Part shown: positions 1 to 7,556 of the stretch, one piece after another
Position numbering within the stretch: position 1 is the first letter of the stretch
How the letters are laid out: each line of letters begins with the position of its first letter
Assembly: GCA_017889675.1 (NCBI GenBank)
Contig: JAGGAA010000002.1
Span: forward strand, 1 to 45,370
Origin: Bacillota bacterium
GTDB taxonomy: Bacteria > Bacillota > Negativicutes > Sporomusales > Sporomusaceae
DNA: 45,370 bases
Reading direction: 5' to 3'
Made by a program: the position numbers and the translations under genes
Notes under the pieces: generated by a model
What the model saw: the letters and a program-made list of their open reading frames with translations, nothing else
What the model was told of the DNA's origin: nothing
The model's database searches: none

Positions 1-433
1 CAATAAGTTCCATGCCTTCTTCCATAATGGTCTGGTCAGCAGTAAAGTTAGTGTCAAGAACCTTAAACCCAGCCTGCTTCATTGCTCCATACATTTTTTC
101 AGTTACCAGACTGCCGGGTTCCATTCCGAACTCCTCACCGATAGCAACGCGAACTGCCGGAGCAATTGTAGCAACAACTGTCAGTTTCTTGTTCTTGAGC
201 TTGTCAATAACTTGATCCACTACGTCGACCGTGTCTTTAGGAGCCCCGAATGGACAGTTAATAAGGCATTGACCGCAAGAAATACATTTCTCACTGTTGA
301 TTTTGTGAACGGCACCATACTTGCCCTCAATCGCATCTGTTGGACAAAATGCCTTACACGAATCACAGCCCTTGCATGTCTTGCTGTCAATCTCGATAAT
401 ACGGGTTACCTCCTGTGATTGAAAACCTTTCAA
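1..433 (-). CDS. hydA: [FeFe] hydrogenase, group A type with 2x[4Fe-4S] F-domain (5' part, runs off window)
   Basis: Not in the ORF track; translated by hand from TTG at 433 with GGAGG upstream: MKGFQSQEVTRIIEIDSKTCKGCDSCKAFCP...CISCGQCLINCPFGA...IAPAVRVAIGEEFG...DTNFTADQTIMEEGMEL. Two ferredoxin motifs plus the APAVR and ADxTIMEE H-domain signatures. Confidence 0.9.
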   Translation of the reverse strand, partial: MKGFQSQEVTRIIEIDSKTCKGCDSCKAFCPTDAIEGKYGAVHKINSEKCISCGQCLINCPFGAPKDTVDVVDQVIDKLKNKKLTVVATIAPAVRVAIGEEFGMEPGSLVTEKMYGAMKQAGFKVLDTNFTADQTIMEEGMELI

Positions 434-703
434 GACAAAACCTCCTCACCCATGAAAATTAAATAGTATGCCAATGTGCAGCAACCACCATTGTGAAAAT
501 TGGAACATTTGAAACCTGTGATACTCTAGAGATAAATGAATGCCATGTTTTAACTGTAATTTAAATTGTGAGACTTGTCAATAATATTGAAATAGTCTGA
601 ACAAGTTATTTATTTCACTTTCGTCCTTTTTTTAAGGAAAAGTTTAAAAATCTATCAATTCATGCATACTATTACCAAAGGTTTTACCTTAGGAGGTAGC
701 ATT

Positions 704-946
704 ATGAAGCATGATGTCATGGATATCCTCGACATAGCTGGTCAGCTTGCCGACCTTAAATCGATTGACTCCAAAAATACATTAGCCATTGCCGTGCTGA
801 TAGAACTTCTCATCGATAAAGGACTCTTCACCAGACAGGAATTCGCTCAAAAAGCCCAAGAGCTGGAATCAGCCTCCCTGGCTGAGATAATTATGAAACG
901 ACGGTCAGAATTACGAACACTTCGAAATGATAGTAAATCAATCTAA
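704..946 (+). CDS. small hypothetical protein (80 aa)
   Basis: AGGAGG at 691-696 precedes ATG 704; the ORF ends at a strong hairpin terminator. Confidence 0.75.
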   Translation: MKHDVMDILDIAGQLADLKSIDSKNTLAIAVLIELLIDKGLFTRQEFAQKAQELESASLAEIIMKRRSELRTLRNDSKSI

Positions 947-980
947 AAATAGCTGGAAGATAACTTCCAGCTATTTTTTT
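945..980. terminator. bidirectional intrinsic terminator
   Basis: AAAAATAGCTGGAAG-ATAA-CTTCCAGCTATTTTT between convergent genes. Confidence 0.85.
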
Positions 981-986
981 ACTAAC

Positions 987-1535
987 CTAAAATTCCGGTT
1001 CAATTAACCCATAGCGACCATCTTTACGGCGGTACACCACATTAACTTCCTCGGTGTCAGCATTAGCAAAAACATAAAAGTCGTGATTGATAAGGTTCAT
1101 CTGCATAACAGCCTCATCAACAGCCATTGGTTTAATGGCAAACCGCTTAGTTTTTACAATGTCAAACTCATCATCACCAAGAGTCGGCGCACTAGCCAAC
1201 GTGGCGGTCGGGATTAATTCAGTCTTAAAGCTGCCACTTTTTAATTTACGAGACAGTTTAGTTTTATATTTTTCAATTTGCTTTTCCAGTTTTTCAATAA
1301 CCAAATCAATGGAAGTGTACATATCTGGCGTCGCTTCTTCACCCCGAAGAAGAATTCCATTAATAGGCACAGTGACCTCAACAATATGACGGCCTTTGTT
1401 AACAATGAGGATTGCAGTAATTTCACCCATGCTTGCACCATCAAAATACTTCGTGATTTTGCCGACACGCTTGGTGACATAATCTTTTAGTGCTGGTGTA
1501 ATATCAATGTTTTTTCCTCGTACTGTAATTGCCAT
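987..1535 (-). CDS. hpf: ribosome hibernation promoting factor, long HPF (RaiA/YvyD family)
   Basis: ITVRGKNIDITPALKDYV, DMYTSIDLVIEKLEKQIEKYK and C-terminal KPMAVDEAVMQMNLINHDFYVF...YRRKDGRYGLIEP. Confidence 0.95.
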   Translation of the reverse strand: MAITVRGKNIDITPALKDYVTKRVGKITKYFDGASMGEITAILIVNKGRHIVEVTVPINGILLRGEEATPDMYTSIDLVIEKLEKQIEKYKTKLSRKLKSGSFKTELIPTATLASAPTLGDDEFDIVKTKRFAIKPMAVDEAVMQMNLINHDFYVFANADTEEVNVVYRRKDGRYGLIEPEF

Positions 1536-1572
1536 ATTACCCATCCCCTTTCCTGGTTCCTATATAGTTATT

Positions 1573-1599
1573 ATTCCCTATCAATTCAAAAAGTCCTGT
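1573..1599 (-). promoter_or_regulatory. putative sigma-H promoter of hpf
   Basis: Minus strand ACAGGACTT-N11-AGGGAAT closely fits the RNAGGAWWW-N11/12-RNNGAAT consensus; hpf is sigma-H controlled in B. subtilis. Confidence 0.55.
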
Positions 1600-1647
1600 C
1601 CAAAAATTCAAATTTCTTTTTATTTTTCTGCGTTTTTTTACATAAAA

Positions 1648-1807
1648 AGACGGCTTGCGCCGAGTCGCTTATTGACGACAGCACACGCCGATGTTATTCT
1701 TTTATACTTCCATCTGGATAAAGAAAACACGGCTTGCGCCGAGCCTTTGGCGAAAGCGAAAGCCGATGTTGCCCTTATCCTGCTTTTAAGAAAGTTTTAT
1801 ACTTTCT
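1648..1807. repeat. tandem pair of palindromic REP-like elements
   Basis: Two copies of ACGGCTTGCGCCGAG...GCCGATGTT (1650-1695, 1729-1770); the second is enclosed by GGATAA/TTATCC (1716-1780); each is followed by TTTTATACTT. Confidence 0.7.
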
Positions 1808-1820
1808 GTTAGGGTAAATC

Positions 1821-1852
1821 AAAACCCGACGAAAATTCATCGCCGGGTATTT
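1821..1852 (-). terminator. probable terminator after csp
   Basis: ACCCGGCGATGAATTTTCGTCGGGT followed by a T-run on the minus strand. Confidence 0.6.
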
Positions 1853-1865
1853 ATGTTGATATATC

Positions 1866-2066
1866 CTAGTTAGCCTTATAGACGTTGCTGGCTTGTGGTC
1901 CACGAGCGCCTTCAACGATTTCAAATTCAACTTGTTGGCCTTCATTTAAGGTTTTGAAACCTTCATCTTGAATAGCCGAGAAGTGTACGAATACGTCGCC
2001 GCCATCTTCTCTCTCAATGAATCCGTAACCTTTTTCTGCACTAAACCATTTAACTTTACCAATCAT
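1866..2066 (-). CDS. csp: cold shock protein (CspA family)
   Basis: GKVKWF, KGYGFI (RNP1), DVFVHFSAI (RNP2), GPQASNV; AGGAGG RBS. Confidence 0.97.
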   Translation of the reverse strand: MIGKVKWFSAEKGYGFIEREDGGDVFVHFSAIQDEGFKTLNEGQQVEFEIVEGARGPQASNVYKAN

Positions 2067-2121
2067 GTGAAACTCCTCCTAAGATTGAACTACAGACTGC
2101 TATTTCACAGCCACAAGAGGA

Positions 2122-2150
2122 AGTATAACACAAAATGGCAGCACTGTCAA
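2122..2150 (-). promoter_or_regulatory. sigma-A promoter of csp
   Basis: TTGACA-N17-TATACT on the minus strand. Confidence 0.75.
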
Positions 2151-2151
2151 T

Positions 2152-2871
2152 TTATAATATTTTCGAAAGAAAAGCCTTCGTACGTTCTTCCTTGGCGTTC
2201 AAGAACACATCATCAGGCAAGCCTTCTTCTACAATGCGGCCTTCGTCCATAAAAATAACCCTGTCACCCACTTCACGGGCAAACCCCATCTCATGAGTAA
2301 CTACAGCCATAGTCATCCCCTCATTGGCCAACGTCTTCATAACATCCAGTACTTCCTTAATCATCTCAGGATCAAGTGCCGAGGTCGGCTCGTCAAATAG
2401 CATAACCTTAGGTTTCATAGCAAGCGCCCGGGCAATCGCTACCCGTTGCTGCTGACCACCAGATAATTGTTCCGGATAGGCATTCGCCTTATCTGACAAT
2501 CCTACCTTTTCCAATAAAACAAGCGCTACCTGCTCGGCCTCCGCCCGCTGCATTCCACGAACCTTAACCGGCGCAAGGGCAATATTTTGCAGCACAGTCA
2601 TATGGGGAAACAAATTAAAGCGCTGAAAAACCATTCCCACTTCTTCGCGTACCTTATTAATATTCGCTTCACTGGTAAGGGGAATACCATCCACAACAAT
2701 TTCGCCTTCAGTAGGCTGTTCAAGATAGTTAATACACCGGAGCAGCGTGCTCTTGCCAGAACCGCTCGGGCCAATGATAACAACAACCTCTTGTTCAGCG
2801 ATATGGGCACTAACATCTTTTAATACATGTAAATTACCAAATTTTTTGTGAAGATTCTTAATGCTTATCAT
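2152..2871 (-). CDS. polar amino acid ABC transporter ATP-binding protein (GlnQ/ArtM-like)
   Basis: Walker [35 protein letters not shown]; likely start MISIKNL at 2871. Confidence 0.95.
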   Translation of the reverse strand: MISIKNLHKKFGNLHVLKDVSAHIAEQEVVVIIGPSGSGKSTLLRCINYLEQPTEGEIVVDGIPLTSEANINKVREEVGMVFQRFNLFPHMTVLQNIALAPVKVRGMQRAEAEQVALVLLEKVGLSDKANAYPEQLSGGQQQRVAIARALAMKPKVMLFDEPTSALDPEMIKEVLDVMKTLANEGMTMAVVTHEMGFAREVGDRVIFMDEGRIVEEGLPDDVFLNAKEERTKAFLSKIL

Positions 2872-3523
2872 CAGTCTTGTACCTCCGCTCAAGATAATCC
2901 ACAAAGCGGGATATCGTAAAAGTCATCACAAGGTAAATAAAGGCCACTGTGATCCAAATCTCAAACGAACCATAGGTACGGGCAATAATTAGTTGTCCGC
3001 GCCGTGTAAGCTCTTCAAAGCCGATTACCGACACCAGCGAGGAATCTTTAAGCATGGCAATAAATTCGTTACCCAATGGTGGAATAATGCGTTTAAAAGC
3101 TTGGGGTAAAATTATGTAACGCATCGTCTGCCCCCAGGTCATCCCCAGCGACCGTCCAGCCTCCATCTGTCCTTTGTCAATGGACTGAATGCCCCCGCGA
3201 AAAATCTCGGCCACATAAGCACCACTGTTAACACTACAAGCAGTAATTGCTGCAATAAACGGGTCAATCCGCTGCCCAACGATAAGCGGTAACGCAAAAT
3301 AAATGAGGAAAATCTGCACCAAAAGCGGTGTACCCCGGATAAAGTCCACATATACAGCTGCCAGCATCTTAACCGGCCATATTGTCGCTAGCCGTGCAAT
3401 CCCAACAAACATACCTATTAAAAGACCAAAACCAACACTAAGCACCGTAATTTGCACAGTAACGCCTGCGCCCATAAGCAGCAATGGAAACGACTGAATG
3501 ATTAACTCAAAATCAAAATTCAA
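2858..3523 (-). CDS. polar amino acid ABC transporter permease
   Basis: [37 protein letters not shown] (EAA loop), [11 protein letters not shown]; start TTG 3523 or GTG 3532. Confidence 0.95.
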   Translation of the reverse strand: MNFDFELIIQSFPLLLMGAGVTVQITVLSVGFGLLIGMFVGIARLATIWPVKMLAAVYVDFIRGTPLLVQIFLIYFALPLIVGQRIDPFIAAITACSVNSGAYVAEIFRGGIQSIDKGQMEAGRSLGMTWGQTMRYIILPQAFKRIIPPLGNEFIAMLKDSSLVSVIGFEELTRRGQLIIARTYGSFEIWITVAFIYLVMTFTISRFVDYLERRYKTDDKH

Positions 3524-3542
3524 ATTCCTCACCCTTACTAAA

Positions 3543-3601
3543 ATTATATAAGGCGGATAAAATCACATGTCAATTATATGCGGACAGACCATAGGTGTCA
3601 A
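3543..3601 (-). promoter_or_regulatory. tandem sigma-A promoters upstream of the permease
   Basis: Perfect TTGACA-N17-TATAAT (3601-3573), immediately followed by a second TTGACA-N17-TATATA (3573-3545). Confidence 0.7.
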
Positions 3602-3613
3602 TAAATAAAGAGC

Positions 3614-3640
3614 AAAAAAAGCGGCGCGATTTCCGCGCCA
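3614..3640 (-). terminator. intrinsic terminator after the substrate-binding gene
   Basis: TGGCGCGGAAATCGCGCCGC followed by T7. Confidence 0.7.
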
Positions 3641-3652
3641 TTACTGTCAAAT

Positions 3653-4444
3653 CTATTGGGGAGGCTTCTTGCCAAACCACTTGACATAAATTTTTTCATA
3701 CTCGCCATTTTTCTTAAGTTCATCCATGGCTTTGTTGATTTTATCAGTCAACTCGGTGTTTTTCTTGGCAACAGCAATTCCATACTCCTCAGAGTTAAGC
3801 GGTTCGCCTACAATCTTGGCATCTTTACTGCCAGCCTGAGCAATGTAATATTCGTTAACAGGCAAATCATTAACAACGGCATCAACGCCGCCACTGTTAA
3901 GCTCAATAAATGCCTCCGGCGCGTTATTAAACTCCCGCACTTTGACGTCTTTAATCTTTTTAGCTTCGCTGGCACCAGTAGTCCCGATTTGCACAGCAAT
4001 CCGTTTGCCTTCCAGATCTTTAAAAGTCTTTAATGTGTTGTTATCGGCTTTGACAACCATGGACAAACCCGACTTATAATATGGCTTGGAAAAGTTAACC
4101 TTTTTCGCCCGTTCATCAGTAATGGTCATACCAGAGATCGCCGCATCAATATTGCCAGCTTCCAACGCCGGAATCAGGCCATCAAAGCCCATACTTTGCA
4201 CCTGGACTTCTACCCCCATCTGCTTGCCGACAGCCTTGATCAGATCCATATCAAAACCAACATAGTCTTTAGTCTTTTCATCCTGGAATTCAAACGGTGC
4301 AAACGTGGTTTCAGAACCAACCTTAAGCACCTTGCCTTTACCCTGATCAGCCTGTTTTGCTGACTGTTGACCACCACAGCCTGCCAACCCAAATACCAAT
4401 ACAAACATAGCAACCACCGATAAAGCAATCAGTTTTTTTGACAC
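3653..4444 (-). CDS. basic amino acid ABC transporter substrate-binding lipoprotein (family 3)
   Basis: Lipobox LAGC, FAPFEF, GFDMDL, SGMTITDER, QIGTTG, EEYGIAV. Confidence 0.95.
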   Translation of the reverse strand: MSKKLIALSVVAMFVLVFGLAGCGGQQSAKQADQGKGKVLKVGSETTFAPFEFQDEKTKDYVGFDMDLIKAVGKQMGVEVQVQSMGFDGLIPALEAGNIDAAISGMTITDERAKKVNFSKPYYKSGLSMVVKADNNTLKTFKDLEGKRIAVQIGTTGASEAKKIKDVKVREFNNAPEAFIELNSGGVDAVVNDLPVNEYYIAQAGSKDAKIVGEPLNSEEYGIAVAKKNTELTDKINKAMDELKKNGEYEKIYVKWFGKKPPQ

Positions 4445-4480
4445 CTATGTACCCCTCCCTTTAATCAGTAAAAACTTCTT

Positions 4481-4517
4481 CGTAAATAATTATACGAGTA
4501 TGTGCATAATTAAACAA
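4481..4517 (-). promoter_or_regulatory. sigma-A promoter overlapped by two ARG-box-like sites
   Basis: TTGTTT-N17-TATAAT (4517-4489); imperfect palindromes CGTAAATAATTATACG and TGTGCATAATTAAACAA resemble ArgR/AhrC boxes. Confidence 0.55.
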
Positions 4518-4547
4518 GCGGTTTAAAATGTATACATTTTAAACCGC
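4518..4547. repeat. perfect 30-bp palindrome
   Basis: GCGGTTTAAAATGTA|TACATTTTAAACCGC. Confidence 0.9.
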
Positions 4548-4605
4548 AAGCAAAAACCCGGAATATAAATATCCCGGGTAGGTTTGTCTCATTTTATTAT
4601 ATATA

Positions 4606-4902
4606 TTATTGCTCTTTTTTAGCGATAAAGCAGTCACGGCAATAAATAGGACGATCATTGCGAGGTTTAAATGGCACTTGAGTAACTGCACCACATTCGG
4701 CACATATTGCCTCATGCATTTCCCGTGGGGTTGTCTGCGCGTCGCCGCCATCACGACTGCGTCTTCTGTTACCCCGACATTCACGACAACGAGCAGGTTC
4801 ATTTTCAAAACCTTTTTCTGCGTAAAACTCCTGTTCCCCTGCTGTAAAAACAAAATCTTTTCCACAGTCCTTACACTTAAGAGTTTTGTCCTGAAAAGCC
4901 AT
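4606..4902 (-). CDS. zinc-ribbon protein with C-terminal CxxC-x17-CxxC domain
   Basis: DKTLKCKDCGKDFVFTAGEQEFYAEKGFENEPARCRECR followed by CAECG...VPFKP...PIYCRDCF. Confidence 0.92.
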   Translation of the reverse strand: MAFQDKTLKCKDCGKDFVFTAGEQEFYAEKGFENEPARCRECRGNRRRSRDGGDAQTTPREMHEAICAECGAVTQVPFKPRNDRPIYCRDCFIAKKEQ

Positions 4903-4933
4903 TAATGAAATCCCCTCACCTTAAGAAATTAAA

Positions 4934-5170
4934 AACCACTGCTTAGCCGACCTGGTCTTTGACCCCACACTCGCCTGCTGGAAGGGTCGCTACTAAGAAA
5001 TCAATCTCCTCACTACTGCTTCTCTCGATCAATATATATGTATCATTTTCTGGATCGGCAGGACTTACCTCTAAGCCGCACCATGCTCAAAGCCGCTTTG
5101 GGCTTCTTACGTGGGTCGTTTCGCCTGCGACTGGCATCGACTTTCAACCACAGACCTAAGCAAATTGGTT
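4934..5170 (-). ncRNA. raiA motif structured RNA
   Basis: Minus strand reads UUAGGUCUGUGGUUGAAAGUCGAUGCCAGUCGCAGGCGAAACGACCCACGUAAG...GAGCAUGGUGCGGCUUAGAGGUAAGUCCUGCCG...CGAGAG...AGUAGUGAG...UAGCGACCCUUCCAGCAGGCGAGUGUGGGGUCAAAGACCAGGUCGGCUAAGC, matching the conserved blocks of the raiA motif as I recall them. The ends pair (GCUUAG/CUAAGC, AACCA/UGGUU), and hpf/raiA lies 3.4 kb downstream on the same strand. Confidence 0.92.
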
Positions 5171-5180
5171 CTTATATTAA

Positions 5181-5209
5181 ATTATAGGAGTGCATAAGGA
5201 AAAAAGCAA
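5181..5209 (-). promoter_or_regulatory. sigma-A promoter of the raiA motif RNA
   Basis: TTGCTT-N17-TATAAT; predicted +1 near 5174, just before the RNA 5' stem. Confidence 0.75.
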
Positions 5210-5293
5210 GCACATATTTTTTGGATAATCGCAAATTGGTTAAATATTCCTATTTTGCATCATATACAACACAGCTTCCTCGCAAGGCTTTTA

Positions 5294-5322
5294 GTGACTA
5301 TGCGAACGTGTTATGCTATAAT
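5294..5322 (+). promoter_or_regulatory. sigma-A promoter with extended -10 for the coiled-coil gene
   Basis: GTGACT-N17-TATAAT with TG at -15/-14. Confidence 0.55.
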
Positions 5323-5362
5323 AAAATAATGATGTACCATGGTGCGAAAGGGTGGTGTGGCA

Positions 5363-5947
5363 ATGGAAAAAATCCTCCAACAAATCCTCGACGGGCAGCA
5401 GGAACTGTTCAACGTCCAGGAGCAATTGCTTAAAGGCCAGGATCAACTATTCAAAGTCCAGGAGCAACTGCTTAAAGGCCAGGATCAACTATTCAAAGTT
5501 CAGGAGCAACTGCTCAAAGGCCAAGAGCAACTATTCAAAGGCCAAGAGCAACTATTCAAAGGCCAAGAGCAATTATTCAAAGGCCAAGAACAATTATTCA
5601 AAAGTCAAGAGCAACTGTGTACTAGGATCGATAAGCTTGAAGAAAAAGTAGATGGCATAGCAATTACTCTCCAAGAAAATGTGGATATGACCAAGGGATT
5701 AAAACACTGGACAGAGGAACTTGATGCCCAAGTTCAGAGTCTGGGACATGCCACGGCCAAGCTAGAAGGGAAAGTCAATCAGGTTGATGAGAAAGTGGAC
5801 ACCCTTGCCGACCGAATGGACAGCTTAGAACGAAAAGCAACCCGTATTGATGCCAATGTATATTCAATGGCTGGCGATGTATCATTCCTACTGCGCAAAG
5901 CCAGCGAACATGACGAAGTTATGCGGCATCTAACCCGGGCAAAATAG
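5363..5947 (+). CDS. coiled-coil hypothetical protein with heptad repeats
   Basis: Start MEKILQQ after GGGTGG; heptads (G/V)QEQL(F/L)K; terminator follows. Confidence 0.8.
   Translation: MEKILQQILDGQQELFNVQEQLLKGQDQLFKVQEQLLKGQDQLFKVQEQLLKGQEQLFKGQEQLFKGQEQLFKGQEQLFKSQEQLCTRIDKLEEKVDGIAITLQENVDMTKGLKHWTEELDAQVQSLGHATAKLEGKVNQVDEKVDTLADRMDSLERKATRIDANVYSMAGDVSFLLRKASEHDEVMRHLTRAK
5393..5623 (+). repeat. 11 x 21-bp coding tandem repeat
   Basis: Unit about GGCCAAGAGCAACTATTCAAA; a 42-bp alternating pattern in the first half and near-identical 21-mers in the second. Confidence 0.92.
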
Positions 5948-5978
5948 ATAAGCAAAGCGCGAAATACGTAAAGCATTA

Positions 5979-6005
5979 TAACCAGCCTAACAAGCTGGTT
6001 TTTTT
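5979..6005 (+). terminator. intrinsic terminator
   Basis: AACCAGC-CTAACAA-GCTGGTT followed by a T-run. Confidence 0.75.
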
Positions 6006-6055
6006 GTTACCCCTTTAACCTTGAACCCGCAGACATCAGAGACGGCAGGGTCAGG

Positions 6056-6418
6056 TTTGACTTAGCTTATCATGATCTCGGCACAATCACAGAAGCCACC
6101 TTTTTAACAGCAGAAAACGCCTGGCGTTACCGGAGTATATTGCGTTTTTTTACGTCCAGCACGAAAAATTAAAGCATTGCCTATATCCGGAAGATATTTA
6201 TTCCTATCTAAAACAAGATCCATATTTTATTGATTGAAACAGCGGTAAATGCTATTGCCCGCCGTAGAACTGAAATCGACAGCCTGGAAAACCAAATTAC
6301 CCTACTCGAACATGAGAGAACCTTTACCCGCCAACTGTGCAACTGCTGGCAACAGGTGAACATGTATATTGTTCAAGATATTCTTTATACCTGCCCCCTT
6401 CATTCCCAGTCGAAATAA
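6056..6418 (+). pseudogene. remnant of a TIGR02677/DUF2397 (Wadjet type II JetA-like) N-terminus plus a coiled-coil fragment
   Basis: Manual translation: GTITEATFLTAENAWRYRSILRFF, frameshift in a T7 run at 6145-6151, YVQHEKLKHCLYPEDIYSYLKQDPYF, then stop. Resembles the YLxAENAxRYRxILRxF start of TIGR02677 proteins. Confidence 0.65.
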
Positions 6419-6507
6419 GTCGATATACGCAATAATGCTAAAGATCCGATTAATGAAGAAGAAAAATCAGTAAGGATAGTAAAGAACGCTCAAAATCAGT
6501 TGATGTG

Positions 6508-6693
6508 CTAATTTAAGTTAACAACCACTTCCGCTTGGCTAAGGGTTCTGCTGGCGGCATAAACAGCTAAGGCCCGCATTGCCTTTAACTTGACCTCCAT
6601 TTTATCTAGGGCCTCCAGACGGCGCTGAGCCCAGGTCAGGTGTTCCTGGCGTGTCTGATTGTAAAATTGGCCCATGCGCTTCCCATCCCCCAT
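6508..6693 (-). CDS. small, possibly truncated protein resembling the flagellin N-terminal helix
   Basis: EALDKMEVKLKAMRALAVYAASRT aligns by eye with GALDQTHSILQRMRELAVQSASDT of the flagellin in this window. Confidence 0.5.
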   Translation of the reverse strand: MGDGKRMGQFYNQTRQEHLTWAQRRLEALDKMEVKLKAMRALAVYAASRTLSQAEVVVNLN

Positions 6694-6742
6694 TAGGTGT
6701 TATTATTCACCTGAGCACTTGACCTCTTGCCTTCATCATCTG

Positions 6743-7147
6743 TTATTCTAATTTTACCAGCCGTTGTTCCATGTCCATCTGCCATTTAGCTAATAAAACT
6801 TGATAATGAAGAATACGCTCATAAATTGCAATAGCAAGCGGTTCATTATAAGTATGAACTGTCAAATTGCGGTCATCGGCCATTTTCAAAGCTAGCACAG
6901 TTTCCGATTCTTTAAATAATCCTATCTCACGGCAAGTACGAATCACTGCCTTAGGTGAAGCCAAATCAATTCCTTCTGCCACAAACAAATAGGCTTGAGC
7001 TGCCTTCCAAACAGCTTCAAATGTAAATTCAAAGCGCTGAATAATTGCATCTCTTTCCAAATCGCTGGGATTTGGCAATTGCACAGCCTCCTGTAAACGC
7101 GAAATTGCCCGGGCAGCAACCGCTAATCTTTCTCTTAGCCTTTCCAT
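6743..7147 (-). CDS. HEPN-domain toxin (HI0074 family, nucleotidyltransferase substrate-binding)
   Basis: RDAIIQRFEFTFEAVWK, SPKAVIR, and RNLTVHTY (R-x4-H followed by Y). Confidence 0.92.
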   Translation of the reverse strand: MERLRERLAVAARAISRLQEAVQLPNPSDLERDAIIQRFEFTFEAVWKAAQAYLFVAEGIDLASPKAVIRTCREIGLFKESETVLALKMADDRNLTVHTYNEPLAIAIYERILHYQVLLAKWQMDMEQRLVKLE

Positions 7148-7440
7148 ACTATACCTTCTTTCCTCACTTTGGCCACAAGTACTTTTGCTGCTTCCGCCAA
7201 ATCAACTACATCGACACGATAAGGAACCGTAGATTCTTCAAGCGCCTCACGCAACCGGGTTAAATTTTCTACATGTACCCCGCCTACACTATCCACAGCA
7301 ATATCAATATCAGAAGATATGTGCTCTTCGCCCCGCGCCCATGAACCAAACAAATACACTTTGACAGGCTCATCACCAATTTCAGCCAACACAACTTGCC
7401 TGACCATATCCAAAATCTGCTGACGCGCGATGCTTCCCAT
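7135..7440 (-). CDS. minimal nucleotidyltransferase (MNT) antitoxin
   Basis: LFGSWARGEEHISSDIDIAV (GS-x10-DxD), VDVVDL; AGGAGG before ATG 7440; overlaps the HEPN gene. Confidence 0.92.
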   Translation of the reverse strand: MGSIARQQILDMVRQVVLAEIGDEPVKVYLFGSWARGEEHISSDIDIAVDSVGGVHVENLTRLREALEESTVPYRVDVVDLAEAAKVLVAKVRKEGIVWKG

Positions 7441-7556
7441 AGCGACCTCCTCTAATAAAAGATTCATTGACACAATGCACCCGTTCTCTTTGTTTCTGTA
7501 TTACCTATTATACCAACCCTGCTGCTAAAATAACAGCTAACTGCTTCGACTAAAGC

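Noticed and set aside
12-418. Plus-strand ORFs 12-215 and 212-418, and the many other short ORFs overlapping long genes
   Set aside because: They are antisense or alternate-frame shadows of well-supported genes (here the hydrogenase) with no recognisable motifs.
1729-1770. c-di-GMP or other riboswitch suggested by GCGAAAGC elements
   Set aside because: It lacks the GEMM two-hairpin consensus, and the GAAA-bearing strand is antisense to the flanking genes; better explained as a palindromic repeat.
4959-5159. 66-aa plus-strand ORF
   Set aside because: It is the antisense of the raiA motif RNA, with no RBS or protein features.
5393-5623. Possible CRISPR array
   Set aside because: The 21-bp units are contiguous, have no unique spacers and are in frame within a coiled-coil ORF; no cas genes are present.
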